Origin: Laetmonice hystrix
Taxonomy: Eukaryota
Direction of reading: 5' to 3'
Length of the DNA: 64,000 bases
NCBI GenBank assembly: GCA_965235115.1
Contig: OZ249440.1
Coordinates: forward strand, 7,936,001 to 8,000,000
Position numbers and translations under genes: made by a program. Shown piece by piece: positions 1 to 11,375 of this stretch. Positions within the stretch are counted from its first letter, which is position 1. Each line of letters starts with the position of its first letter. The notes under the pieces were generated by a model, which was not told where the DNA came from, did no database searches, and saw only the letters and a program-made list of their open reading frames with translations.

Positions 1-158
1 TACTTCTTGTTTCACCAGATATCGCGATTAATTTGAAAAATAATCATATAGAAAGTAATCATCTTTATGTGTAAGAGTATTATTTTTCCCAGTTAAACGA
101 TGACATAATAGAAAGGAGCTCTATGGAAGCGATATCATGAGAATCGAGATGGTTGAAG

Positions 159-540
159 GATCATGATAAACCCGTCCGGTCATGGTTCTGTATACCACTC
201 CCAGCACTGCTCCAACACAGCTATACATGGACACGGACCCAGATCATGATAAACCTGTCCGGTCATGGTTCTGTATATCACGGTTCTGTATACCACTCCC
301 AGTACCGCTCCAACACAGCTATACACGGACACGGGCCCAGATCATGATACACCCGTCCGGTCATGGTTCTGTATACCATGGTTCTGTATACCACTCCCAG
401 CACCGCTCCAACACAGCTCTACACGGACACGGACCCAGATAATGATAAACCTGTCCGGTCATGGTTCTGTATACCACGGTTCTGTATACCACTCCCAGCA
501 CCGCTCCAACACAGCAATAAACGGACACGGGCCCAGATAA
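159..540. repeat. Minisatellite, 83/98-bp unit, ~4 copies
   Basis: Units begin GATCATGATA/GATAATGATA at 159, 242, 340 and 438 (periods 83, 98, 98, 98). The 98-bp form carries an internal 15-bp duplication of the GGTTCTGTATA segment. Confidence 0.9.
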
Positions 541-1307
541 TACATCAGTCAACACATCGCTTGTATAGAGGCAACAATTAGATGGGAGAAGACGGAGAGT
601 TTCCTGGCATTTATTAAAGAAAGAAATTCACCTTCCTTATAGAAGATAAACATTTCTTTCAAACATGCCTTGTGGCAATTTATTTATTTTGCCCGTTTTC
701 CCCACAATAATATTTATTTCAAAAATCGCTCAAAATATCCCTGGTCCTTTTATCGTCCCTCACTAGATAAGGAACGTTGCGGTACAGAAACAAATTCATC
801 AGATCCCAGCCTTTCTCTGCTGCTGACCGTCCTGTCAACGTCATAATATTATTCATGAATACATATGCTAAGTACATCGAGAATATGCATGTTGAGGAAG
901 TGTATACGGGCAAAACATTCCGAAAAACGACCTTAGACACGTCCGTGTACACGTGTATATTCTTATACATACATTCAACCGTAAAAGTGAACAGAATAAA
1001 ATCAGTATCCTCTGCTGACATCTTTTAACGCCAGTGTATTGCCAGACATGAATATGTTCTGCATACATACATGTATTCTGGTATATCTTTGGTTGTATAC
1101 CCCAGACACAGCGTCACTTTTGCTGCATACACTTACCCGACAAAAGTATTGCAACATGCCCTCTTTAGAAGTTCTCAGTAGGTCTAATACTAGACTCGCA
1201 CATTCAACCGTATCCTGTCAGTTTCACATTACATATTAGATGTCGAGGTTTGTTGTATAAAAGTCGTATGGAAATCTGAGTCAGAGGACGTTCACTTTGG
1301 TGTCACC

Positions 1308-1523
1308 ATGCCAAAAGAACGAGATCTTACAAGTGCAGAATGGGGAGAATTCGTCTGCCTCGGATAGGAAGGTATTCCGGCCCAAAATATTGCCAGACGG
1401 TTTCACTGCTGCCGCCAAACAGTTTACCGGGTATGGGCGAGGTACCAAGAAACTGCAGACTAGAGAAAGTTTTAGAGAAGTGGTCGGCCAAGAACGACCA
1501 GAGCGAGAGAAGATCGACGTCTC
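1308..1523 (+). pseudogene. Degenerate Tc1/mariner transposase N-terminus (paired-like HTH plus GRPR motif)
   Basis: Manual translation from ATG 1308 gives MPKERDLTSAEWGEFVCLG*EGIPAQNIARRFHCCRQTVYRVWARYQETAD*RKF*RSGRPRTTRAREDRRL. This matches the Tc1 pattern (IARR..TV.R.W.RY.ETG...RSGRPR.T..REDR.L). There are three in-frame stops; no TIR or downstream DDE domain was found nearby. Confidence 0.8.
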
Positions 1524-2821
1524 CCCGGGACAATGCTCAGAAGGATGGCCTATAGTTCGGTCACGTGGCTACCCTACAAAACACAAAATGGCTTGAGTCT
1601 CATCATGAAAAATAAAACCTATATACTGGTTAACATTGAATGTACTGAATGAAAGTGAAAACTAACAAAAACAGATTGTTAAAATGTTATTTTAAACTGA
1701 ACGTTGATGTCTCTCCAGCCTGCCAATGTTGCAGTACTCACAGTGTGTGTATTATGTTTTAATGCACTCTTCCACAGGCGTTTTTTGTCCCTATTCCGTG
1801 ATTCAGAGCGTTGACCTCGCAGGGCTATCATAAAGTTTGGCCTTTTGTACACGTGTGACCCGTTCCATTAGAAAATGATCAGAGATTCATAGTGTTATTC
1901 ATGATAAAAGACACGTGTATAATTAATTGGTTTGTTCATGGACAAAAAATGAAACTGAATGCATGTTAGCCTCACCTAACCTCATCTTTCCAATAGTTAT
2001 AATTATAGCCTAGAACGTTTTGAGACATTATTAAATATTGTGGTAACATAAAATGAATAATTTATAGCCGGTGTACGGTTTTATTTAGAAACAACCATAT
2101 TCAAAACCATTCTCTGTCGTGTGTTGGTGTCTTAAATAGGGTCTAATTCAGCACGGATACTGAAAACATGATCCTGAGGGCAAATCGTCCTCATCAAGTG
2201 TGAATTCCTAAGGTTTCTGTCAGAAGTAGATCGATCACGTAGCTTCAAGCTATACAGTGTCCTCACTGTTGTCGTCCGAGTATGGGGAGTCTGAGTGTAT
2301 GGTAGCAACGGCACAACACCTCATACATATCTACATACCCGACGACAACACAGCCGTCGGCCGTCGTCCAAGGTGTGGGCACAGATGTAAGTCGGCATCT
2401 GCACCTGAGATCACTATCAGCAGTATACCCAATGTACGTTATGCAAGCGCAAAGGAGGTTTGCAAAGATCAATCTCAGTGAACGTCATACTTTGATGTAG
2501 ACAATATTGGCCAAACATACATAATATAAGGTCTCTATGCATGCATGTATAGGACTATACAGTCAGGCATGTTCTTTATAATAAATGACAGTTGACACTC
2601 AAAAGCTTAGTATAGCACCGTACGCCGACAGGCAGTCCGGCTCCATACGACTAGACTTCTCGTAATCGATTCAACACAAATTAATCCGAGAAAGTGTTTA
2701 AGTCATCTTTCATATAAAACAAGAGTATGTATATGGTATACTAACTTTAAATAGTGTACACCCCTATTTCAGTCGACCGACCATTATGTATGTACGTAGA
2801 CCTCCCTGAAAGTCTGTCCGA

Positions 2822-2941
2822 TCGCTCGTTCACCGCATCGTTCAGTCGCTCGTTCACCGCATCGTTCAGTCGCTCGTTCACCGCATCGTTCAGTCGCTCG
2901 TTCACCGCATCGTTCAGTCGCTCGTTCACCGCATCGTTCAG
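2822..2941. repeat. Minisatellite, 24-bp unit TCGCTCGTTCACCGCATCGTTCAG x5
   Basis: Five near-perfect copies; explains the SFSRSFTA / LNDAVNER repeat ORFs. Confidence 0.95.
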
Positions 2942-3775
2942 ATGGCATGTCACCGATCGACACATGACTATTATGGTTGTATGCTGCGGAAATATAATGT
3001 ACTGCGTGTGTCTATAGCCTTGGTGAAACCATGCGGGGGTTGTTTACTTACACTTCACCCCAAAGGTTATAACCCCGTCAGCGGGGTGACAATGGGGCAA
3101 TCGTCGGAGGCGGCCTACCCATGGCGTTCTTGAGAAATTAACTTCAATAGAAGTAAATCGTACATAAAATGTTCAATATGTACATAACGTATGTACAGAT
3201 ACAGCAAACAGTCAGGGGAATAAGAAGGGAAAGATTGAAAGAAGACAAACTATCGGTGTAATAAAAGAAGAGGTATGCCAACTATGCGTGTGGTATATTT
3301 TAAAAGAAACGTCACTTTAATTATGGCGATCAATTTAAAACACGTGGTCAAGGAAGCCTGGCCCCTTACAGCGTGAACGGATCTCATTAAGGCTAAAATT
3401 AACGTGTGCATGTTGTGACAAGGTCTACCATTACACATACCCCCCTCGAGCAAGACAGCTAAATCCATGACCCCACCAACCCCAAACAGACAATGCCTTC
3501 TCAACAACCATTTGAAATTAAATATGGGGAGAAGGTTAAAAATGTCAAGCGTGTAGTTCAAAAGCATAAATCTTGAAGGGCTGTCAAACTAACAACCTTA
3601 ACAGCAATTAGAGGAGGCCGAAATGTAAAGCTATTATCGGAAATCTATACGTTTCAGGGACACACTTATACCGAAACAGTAGCTCCATATATTGGGTGTT
3701 TATAGAGTCTCACCTGTGGACCGATACAGCTATATTTAGGGCAGCGATCGGAAGTAAAACACCTGATGATCTCCG

Positions 3776-4559
3776 GCTCGGGTAGTGAAAGGGAAATCAC
3801 CCGCCTGACTAGCCGCTGGCTCGGGTAGTGGTAGGGAAATCACCCGCCTGACGACCCGCTGGCTCGGGTAGTGGTAGGGAAATCACCCGCCTGACGACCC
3901 GCTGGCTCGGGTAGTGGTAGGGAAATCACCCGCCTGACGACCCGCTGGCTCGGGTAGTGGTAGGGAAATCACCCGCCTGACGACCCGCTGGCTCGGGTAT
4001 AGAGGTAGGGAAATCACCCGCCTGACGACCCGCTGGCTCGGGTATAGTGGTAGGGAAATCACCCCCCTGACGACCCGCTGGCTCGGGTATAGAGGTAGGG
4101 AAATCACCCGCCTGACGACCCGCTGGCTCGGGTATAGTGGTAGGGAAATCACCCCCCTGACGACCCGCTGGCCCGGGTAGTGGTAGGGAAAACACCAGCC
4201 TGACGACCCGCTGGCTCGGGTAGTGGTAGGGAAAACACCCGCCTGACGACCCGCTGGCTCGGGTAGTGGTAGGGAAATCACCCGCCTGACGACCCGCTGG
4301 CTCGGGTAGTGGTAGGGGACACACCCCCCTGACGACCCGCTGGCTCGGGTAGTGGTAGGGAAATCACCCGCCTGACGACCCGCTGGCTCGGGTAGTGGTA
4401 GGGAAATCACCCCCCTGACGACCCGCTGGCTCGGGTAGTGGTAGGGAAATCACCCGCCTGACGACCCGCTGGCTCGGGTAGTGGTAGGGGACACACCCGC
4501 CTGACGACCCGCTGGCTCGGGTATAGAGGTAGGGAAAACACCCGCCTGATGACCCGCTG
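3776..4559. repeat. Minisatellite, 43/45-bp unit, ~18 copies
   Basis: Unit GGCTCGGGTAGTGGTAGGGAAATCACCCGCCTGACGACCCGCT, with 45-bp variants (GGGTATAGAGG / GGGTATAGTGG). Confidence 0.95.
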
Positions 4560-5235
4560 AAAACATCATTTTCCCCATTTGGGCATTTCGCACCTTCTTC
4601 ACCCACCGAGAAAAACAAAATTATATATTATATAATGTACTCGGTATACGTATACCATACTGCCAGCCCTTCTACGCGTGTGTTTGAGCGACAAATCAAA
4701 TGTCGAGCGTCTAAAACTAAATCAAAACGCCTCAGGCAACTATATATAGGATCAAACAGGAATAACGGTCGTCATACAGAATGTTATATATAATGGAGGC
4801 GTATATACCTGGCCGAAAATTGTCTAAGTCCGAAAAGGTACGCCATTGGTCGGGGGTAACAACCGATAACAGAACAGCCTATATCAAAACCAGGTCGTGT
4901 ATCTGTCACATTTTGAATAGGACATACTGAGCTGTTTGAAATTTGGGAATAGGACAGGTAAGTGGGGGATTAAGGTTGTCATGACTATACTTTATAATGA
5001 ATGGCTTCTATGCCTAAATAAGTTTTTAGAAATCCTTTCAAAGTATAGGCCTATACTTTACGGTTGCCCCCTTTGATCAAATATTTTACTGCAAGTATTT
5101 TATGCGGAAAGTCCCTGATAACAGCAGCACGTATTTTCTTACTTTACATACATGCTAAAAAAATGAAACGATCTGAGAGGATGTCAAACGGTGCAGTAAA
5201 AACGTCATGTATCCGGAACATTGCGGCGGAGAGGG

Positions 5236-5286
5236 GGAGGAGGAGGAGGAGGAGGAGGAGGAGGAGGAGGAGGAGGAGGAGGAGGA
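5236..5286. repeat. (GAG)n microsatellite, ~17 copies
   Basis: Pure GGA/GAG run; source of the poly-R and poly-L ORFs. Confidence 0.95.
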
Positions 5287-5469
5287 CGGGGGGGTTGATT
5301 TGTTGTTGATCACGCCTGATTATCATCATTGTCACGCATGATTGATCGATCTTTGCACCTCGTAACGTTAATATCTGCTGGTAATATCGGGCGTGAATGC
5401 ACGTCACGATATCTCCCGCTCTATACTCGGTCTAAACTCTAGGGTTCAAATGACGAGACGATATCTGTA

Positions 5470-5935
5470 ACACATGTGGGTGCCCTCGTCGGGGCTCCGG
5501 GGTAATGGGTATAAGCGGGTGCATGTCTGGGGTCCGGGATTGCCGGATGGCAGGGGTGATGGGGTCCGGGTGGCGGGAGTTCCCGGGTCCGGGTGGCCTG
5601 GGCTCGGGTGGCGGGTGCCAGGGCCCGGGTTGCTGGGATGCCCGGGTCCGGGTGGCCGGGGTGCCGGGGTGCCAGGGCCCGGGTTGCCGGTGTCCGGGAC
5701 CCGGCCGTGACTGGCGACCGGCGGACGGGGCGGGCGGGCGGCGTGGAGCCGGGGACGGGCAGCGGACTGGCTAACGGTGTCCCCCGTCGGCCTGGGCCGG
5801 GCAAGGGCCGCCTATCTCCCGGTGAACGATGTGTATGCGCGGCGTATACTTCCCGTACTCCGCCGGCTGAGTTGGTCAGCAGCCAAACATCCAGCGGGGA
5901 GGCCGGTTTGAAAGCGCGGGGATGGGATATATAGT
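5470..5935. other. GC/CpG-rich island with degenerate GGGTCCGGGTGGC-type repeats
   Basis: Abruptly GC-rich relative to its flanks, with many GGG tracts and CCGG motifs. The ORFs across it are low-complexity G/P/R/A. Confidence 0.6.
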
Positions 5936-6525
5936 TCGTTAAGTGAATATACTTAAAGTTTTGTGACTCTTGGATAGAAAAAGGAACGTATTTAGCGAAA
6001 GACGGGCAAACATTAAGCGGTATTTCTGTATTAGAATACACATAATTTCCTTGCCCTCTGTTCAAAGTTCAAGTATGATCGAGTTGTTTTGCTGGCGCAT
6101 TTTAACCAGCAGGTCACGCGGTTGTATTTTAAGCAATTCGAGTGTGCTGATTTTATAAGCGATGACCTCCATGGTTTGAAATTGTTGCATTTAAAAGATC
6201 GTTATCGTTTCGAAATTCTTGTTAAACATCATTAAAGACTGCAGTGACGGAGACAGGATCGAATGTGTAGCTTGCAGGTCCCTTGTATACTCCGAAGATT
6301 ACCTTTAATTAGGAATATTTGTAGGTGTTTTAGTGTAATTAAAGTAAATATCTCACCATTAGCAAGGCGTCCCTTCTTGACATGCGCATTTATCGGTGAT
6401 GTAAAAGCATTAATTAAGTGTTTCTCCTGATTAAGATGTTGTTAACTAAGATTCGTGCCATGCTGATATTATAGGCAGAGGTGACGTGTCAGCCTCAGTT
6501 GATAAATACTCAGGTTAAAATACAA

Positions 6526-7459
6526 GTGGAGAGGGTCGCCTTCTATCACTGAGACCTTCCCACATTAACAACACTCAACCCATGTGGAGAGGGTCGCCTT
6601 CCATCACTGAGACCTTCCCACATTAACAACACTCAACCCATGTGGAGAGGGTCGCCTTCCATCACTGAGACCTTCCCACATTAACAACACTCAACCCATG
6701 TGAAGAGGGTCGCCTTCTATCACTGAGACCTTCCCACATTAACAACACTCAACCCATGTGGAGACCTTCCCACATTAACAGCACTCAACCCATGTGGAGA
6801 GGGTCGCCTTCTATCACTGAGACCTTCCCACATTAACAACACTCAACCCATGTGGAGACCTTCCCACATTAACAACACTCAACCCATGTGGAGAGGGTCG
6901 CCTTCTATCACTGAGACCTTACCACATTAACAACACTCAACCCATGTGGAGAGGGTCGCCGTCTATCACTGAGACCTTCCCACATTAACAACACTCAACC
7001 TATGTGGAGAGGGTCGCCTTCTATCACCGAAACCTTCCCACATTAACAACACTCAACCCATGTGGAGAGGGTCGCCTTCTATCACTGAGACCTTCCCACA
7101 TTAACAACACTCAACCCATGTGGAGACCTTCCCACATTAACAACACTCAACCCATGTGGAGACCTTCCCACATTAACAACACTCAACCCATGTGGAGAGG
7201 GTCGCCTTCCATCACTGAGACCTTCCCACATTAACAACACTCAACCCATGTGGAGACCTTCCCACATTAACAACACTCAACCCATGTGGAGAGGGTCGCC
7301 TTCTATCACTGAGACCTTCCCACATTAACAACACTCAACCCATGTGGAGAGGGTCGCCTTTTATCACTGAGACCTTCCCACATTAACAACACTCAACCCC
7401 TGTGGAGAGGGTCGCCTTCCATCACTGAGACCTTCCCACATTAACAACACTCAACGCAT
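6526..7459. repeat. Minisatellite with interspersed 58-bp (13 copies) and 36-bp (5 copies) units
   Basis: Long unit GTGGAGAGGGTCGCCTTCTATCACTGAGACCTTCCCACATTAACAACACTCAACCCAT; the short unit lacks the 22 bp between the two GAGA motifs. Confidence 0.95.
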
Positions 7460-8070
7460 ACTGATGCACTTCAACTGTGCTTTCTCATCTGCCACCAATT
7501 AACCAAGGCTGACAGAAAGGCTTTTATTGGAAGCGTATCAAGTCCATTTGTTTAATCTTCATACATAGATTATAACCAACATTCTTCCACGTACTTTGGC
7601 ATACGCGTATTATAAATATACATGCATCCTCCGATTTAAACTAGCACATAAATTATATCCTGGTATACAGCTAGACTATAAACAGTCCCTCCTGGCGACA
7701 GTGTCCGGAGAGAATGCCTTATGTTTTCTGTCTGGTCGCCAGTGCCGAGCTATAGATCAGACCGCGTGACAAAAACAAATGACGCTTCAAACAGGTATAC
7801 ATGTACATGACGCTTCAAACAGGTATACATGGTACGGGGAATACATAGGTCTTAATATCGCCAAACTGTTTCTTAAAGGAAATATGTCATGGGGGTATCG
7901 ACCGAAATCTTCAGTTTTCTGCTTACCTGCTCACCACTGACGTACTTTATGGTACTGATTGTTTTTCATATTGATTCTGTTAACACATACTACGAGTAGA
8001 CAACTGTGAAATTCTCCCTAATGTAGAAAGATGAATAAAACTAGCCGCAGTGTCCGCAAAGTGCGATGAA

Positions 8071-8071
<1 letters not shown>

Positions 8072-8101
<30 letters not shown>
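8072..8101. repeat. (CTG)10 microsatellite
   Basis: Ten CTG copies followed by a poly-G run. Confidence 0.9.
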
Positions 8102-8102
<1 letters not shown>

Positions 8103-8760
8103 GCTGGTGTTGGGGGGGGGGGGTGAGACCATCTCGAGTAATACTAAATCCCGTATACATGTATATTCCCGATATAAGGTATAAGCAGTGGCCGACCTTC
8201 CACCTTAACCCAGAGGTCATGGCCTGGGGCACGGAAACAGTTGTGTATACTTACACCGTCACTTCGAGACCCTTCTAATTTATAGTACAAACATACTCTA
8301 TATCTATGGTACGCGTTATCTATAGACCTTTTATACATATAGGGCCGTATGTACGTGATACGAGTATGCGATCACAACCCATAATGCAGCCTACTCTCTG
8401 CAGATGAATAGAAACAGTTATTGACAGGAAAACAGTGGCTGTGACATGATATATTTTGTGAGGGAGGTATAAGAGTAACTTCTGAACGGAACATCTGAGT
8501 TCCAGGAAAATCATAGAAACTTTTCGAGAGCTTTAGAAAGACTGTCGCCCTTCACATAAGATTGTCAAGAAAACATGCTGAAAACATGCACTGTTCATGA
8601 ACAGATGGTCGTACATATTGACAGATATTACATTTACAAGACTATGCAGGAGCACATAACCGCGCGCTCTCATGATCGAATAGTCATAATACATCACGTC
8701 TTTACACATTATTGTTTTTCTGAAACCGTAAACATTTAAATCCGAATTCTAATGTGCTGT

Positions 8761-8777
8761 TTGATTTTGTTTTTCAG
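8761..8777 (+). promoter_or_regulatory. 3' splice acceptor of the last homeobox intron
   Basis: TTGATTTTGTTTTTCAG lies directly before GTGAAAGTATGGTTC. A phase-0 intron between Q and V of helix 3 is the known Emx-family intron position. Confidence 0.85.
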
Positions 8778-8891
8778 GTGAAAGTATGGTTCCAAAACCG
8801 GCGGACAAAACACAAGCGCGTCAAATCAGAAGAAGAGCAAGAAACTAAACGGAAAGATACAAAAAACGAGTCAAAGGAAGGATCTCAATAG
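8778..8891 (+). CDS. Emx: Terminal coding exon of an Emx/empty spiracles-family homeobox gene (helix 3 plus C-terminal tail)
   Basis: Translates as VKVWFQNRRTKHKRVKSEEEQETKRKDTKNESKEGSQ* (TAG 8889-8891). VKVWFQNRRTK(H/Y/F)KR.K.EEE is typical of Emx/ems. Vax (RRTKQKK) and Not (RRIKWRK) fit less well. The exon is too short for the ORF track. Confidence 0.85.
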   Translation: MKVWFQNRRTKHKRVKSEEEQETKRKDTKNESKEGSQ

Positions 8892-10778
8892 GAAATGTAT
8901 AATCAAGACAGTCGATATAGGAAATTGACTTCTTCAAAGAGAAGCTGAGCCGGCAGTTTGACAGGAGTTGGTGGAGAGACCGTCACCATGGTTGTCACCT
9001 GGCCTGCTTACATTCTAAATGACCTCAGATGAACAGTGTTTGTGAGTCACATGACCTAGATGGGACCCTAAAAAACACAGAAGGCGATAAACACGTGGAC
9101 AGATCGCCGAGTGCTATGGTGAGCGATTAGTGATTTAGTGAAATCCCTAACGTTGACGTTGTTGGAAGAGATGTGCATAACGTGGAGGCTGCCGTCAGTG
9201 TATCTCGTACGGCAATCGCCAGGGGCAATCAATCAATGATGGACACGATTCAAAGACTCCCTGATTGGAGAGAGAGAGAGAGTGACATTATACAAAAAAA
9301 CTGTCTTCCACAATTAGATGTTCCGACCATGGATAACTGAGGAATATATCGTGCTGCTATTTATAAATTAATTCCCAACGTTTAATCCCAAACATAATCG
9401 CCATTCGTTTCATCGGTTCATCGATACCTTAAGGTGCTTATCGACTCTCTGTGACGTCATTGATTCAGCTCTGACGTCACATTCATACATTCAGCATAGG
9501 CCTGCGTGCTTTGTATCAGTAGTCCAGTGCCATCATGTCTATAGGCCGACCCATACGTACATAGGTATCCCGACACCGCAGGAATCCCGCTACCATTTAA
9601 ATAGTGGAGATCCTAGGTGAGAGAAACACTTCATTCACAAGGCGTACGTTAGATTCAGGTATTTTCACTGTGTACAATGTACTTAATTGTCGTAATTGTA
9701 TATACTCTATGTCTAAAACATGATTCTTGTCTGTCAAAATGAACTCTGTCTTGTTGGCTTGTTTCTTTTTATTTGTATCTTCTCTGCATCGCCCTTTGCA
9801 TCATGATTCAAGGAAGAGGTCGTGTTATAAGAAAAGTGGGGAACATAAACACTGACAGCCTTTAGAGGATTTTTAGCACGACATAATCTTGTCTGCATAA
9901 TGATATAATCATTCGATTCCATAAAAGGAACTGTATTATAGGTCAAAATCGCTTGAAAACATTCAATAGAAAAGCCACTTGGCTTTCGTGTAAAAGCTAT
10001 ATTCTAACCTATATATTAATTTAATGTCTCATTCTAGCCAAACAGTGTTTCCTGAGAATGATGAATTGTAAGTCGACATGCAATAGGACCCGGTAACAGG
10101 TATAGCCGAGCGTAGGGTCACGTGACTACGGTCAGATTATCCAGGGACTGTTGGTGACAGATCGCAAGGCCCAGGGAATGCAAGACTCGGCTACTAACCA
10201 CGGCAACCATAAAAATGACATATAATATTAAGATCAAATATACATACATGCATACGTAGGCCTATAGAGACACATACGTACATCGACATGTATAATCCCG
10301 CCATATAAAAATCTATTTATGATGTTATTGCCGTTCAGACATTTCAAATTTTTATGGTCATCATACATCACGGTAAATAACCCTAAGTACCGCGACTTTA
10401 GACTAGTAAAGTCATATAGGGCCAGGAAAGGCCACACTAAAGATATGACACATATCTTTAATCAGCAATCATAAGACGAGAAAACCAGCTAGGCCACAGA
10501 AGAGTCAAAAAGCACTCTAATTTCATACATAACGTGCATTAATTTCACATGCAAAGCGAAGGGGGCAATGTTTATGTGGCTCTTTGGTCATGTCTGTAAG
10601 CAGTAACGTGACGTAGGGAGGAATGTCGATGGTGCTTACGTGTACAATGGGTCATATATTACAAAGATACCCTGACAGTACATGCATGGGTGTTAGGAGT
10701 GGGACAGTTTGTTGCCTTCCTTGCTCACTTGTATATGGGAGCCATGTAAGACCCTATATGTCTGTCTATCCTGTGTGC

Positions 10779-11375
10779 AATCAGTATGTCTTTAGTATGT
10801 CTTCTTGACCTCCCAATGTTACCCTTCCTGTTGGTAATCAGGATGGCTTTAGTATGTCTGATTGCCCTCCCACAGTTACCCTTCATGTTGGTAATCAGGA
10901 TGTCTTTAGTATGTCTTCTTGCCCTCCCAAAGTTACCCCTCCTGTTGGTAATCAGGATGGCTTTAATATGTCTTCTTGCCCTCCCAAAGTTACCCCTCCT
11001 GTTGGTAATCAGTATGTCTTTAGTATGTCTTCTTGCCCTCCCAAAGTTACCCCTCCTGTTGGTAATCAGGATGGCTTTAGTATGTCTTCCTGCCCTCACA
11101 AAGTTACCCCTCCTGTTGGTAATCAGTATGTCTTTAGTATGTCTTCTTGCCCTCCCAAAGTTACCCCTCCTGTTGGTAATCAGGATGGCTTTAGTATGTC
11201 TTCCTGCCCTCCCAATGTTACCCTTCCTGTTGGTAATCAGGACGGCTTTAGTATGTCTTCTTGCCCTCCCAATGTTACCCTTCCTGTTGGTAATCAGGAC
11301 GGCTTTAGTATGTCTTCTTGCCCTGCCAAAGCTACCTTTCCTATTAGCCTATTAGTAATTAGGATGGCTTTAACA
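10779..11375. repeat. Minisatellite, 57-bp unit, ~10 copies
   Basis: Unit approx. GTCTTCTTGCCCTCCCAAAGTTACCCCTCCTGTTGGTAATCAGGATGGCTTTAGTAT. CAGGATGGC and CAGTATGTC variants alternate in the middle; source of the 189/209-aa repeat ORFs. Confidence 0.95.

Noticed and set aside
777-1028. ORF with VYTGKTFRK resembling a GIY-YIG (Penelope) nuclease motif
   Set aside because: The motif spacing does not fit, the conserved R/E residues are not evident, and there is no adjacent RT.
2132-2472. Minus-strand peptides faintly resembling a Tc1 C-terminus (QTPHTRTTTV...)
   Set aside because: No SPDLNPIE or DNA motif; the similarity is at chance level.
3320-3580. MAINLKHVVKEAW... resembling a pogo/Tigger C-terminal helix
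   Set aside because: A single short motif with stops; cannot be supported without a profile search.
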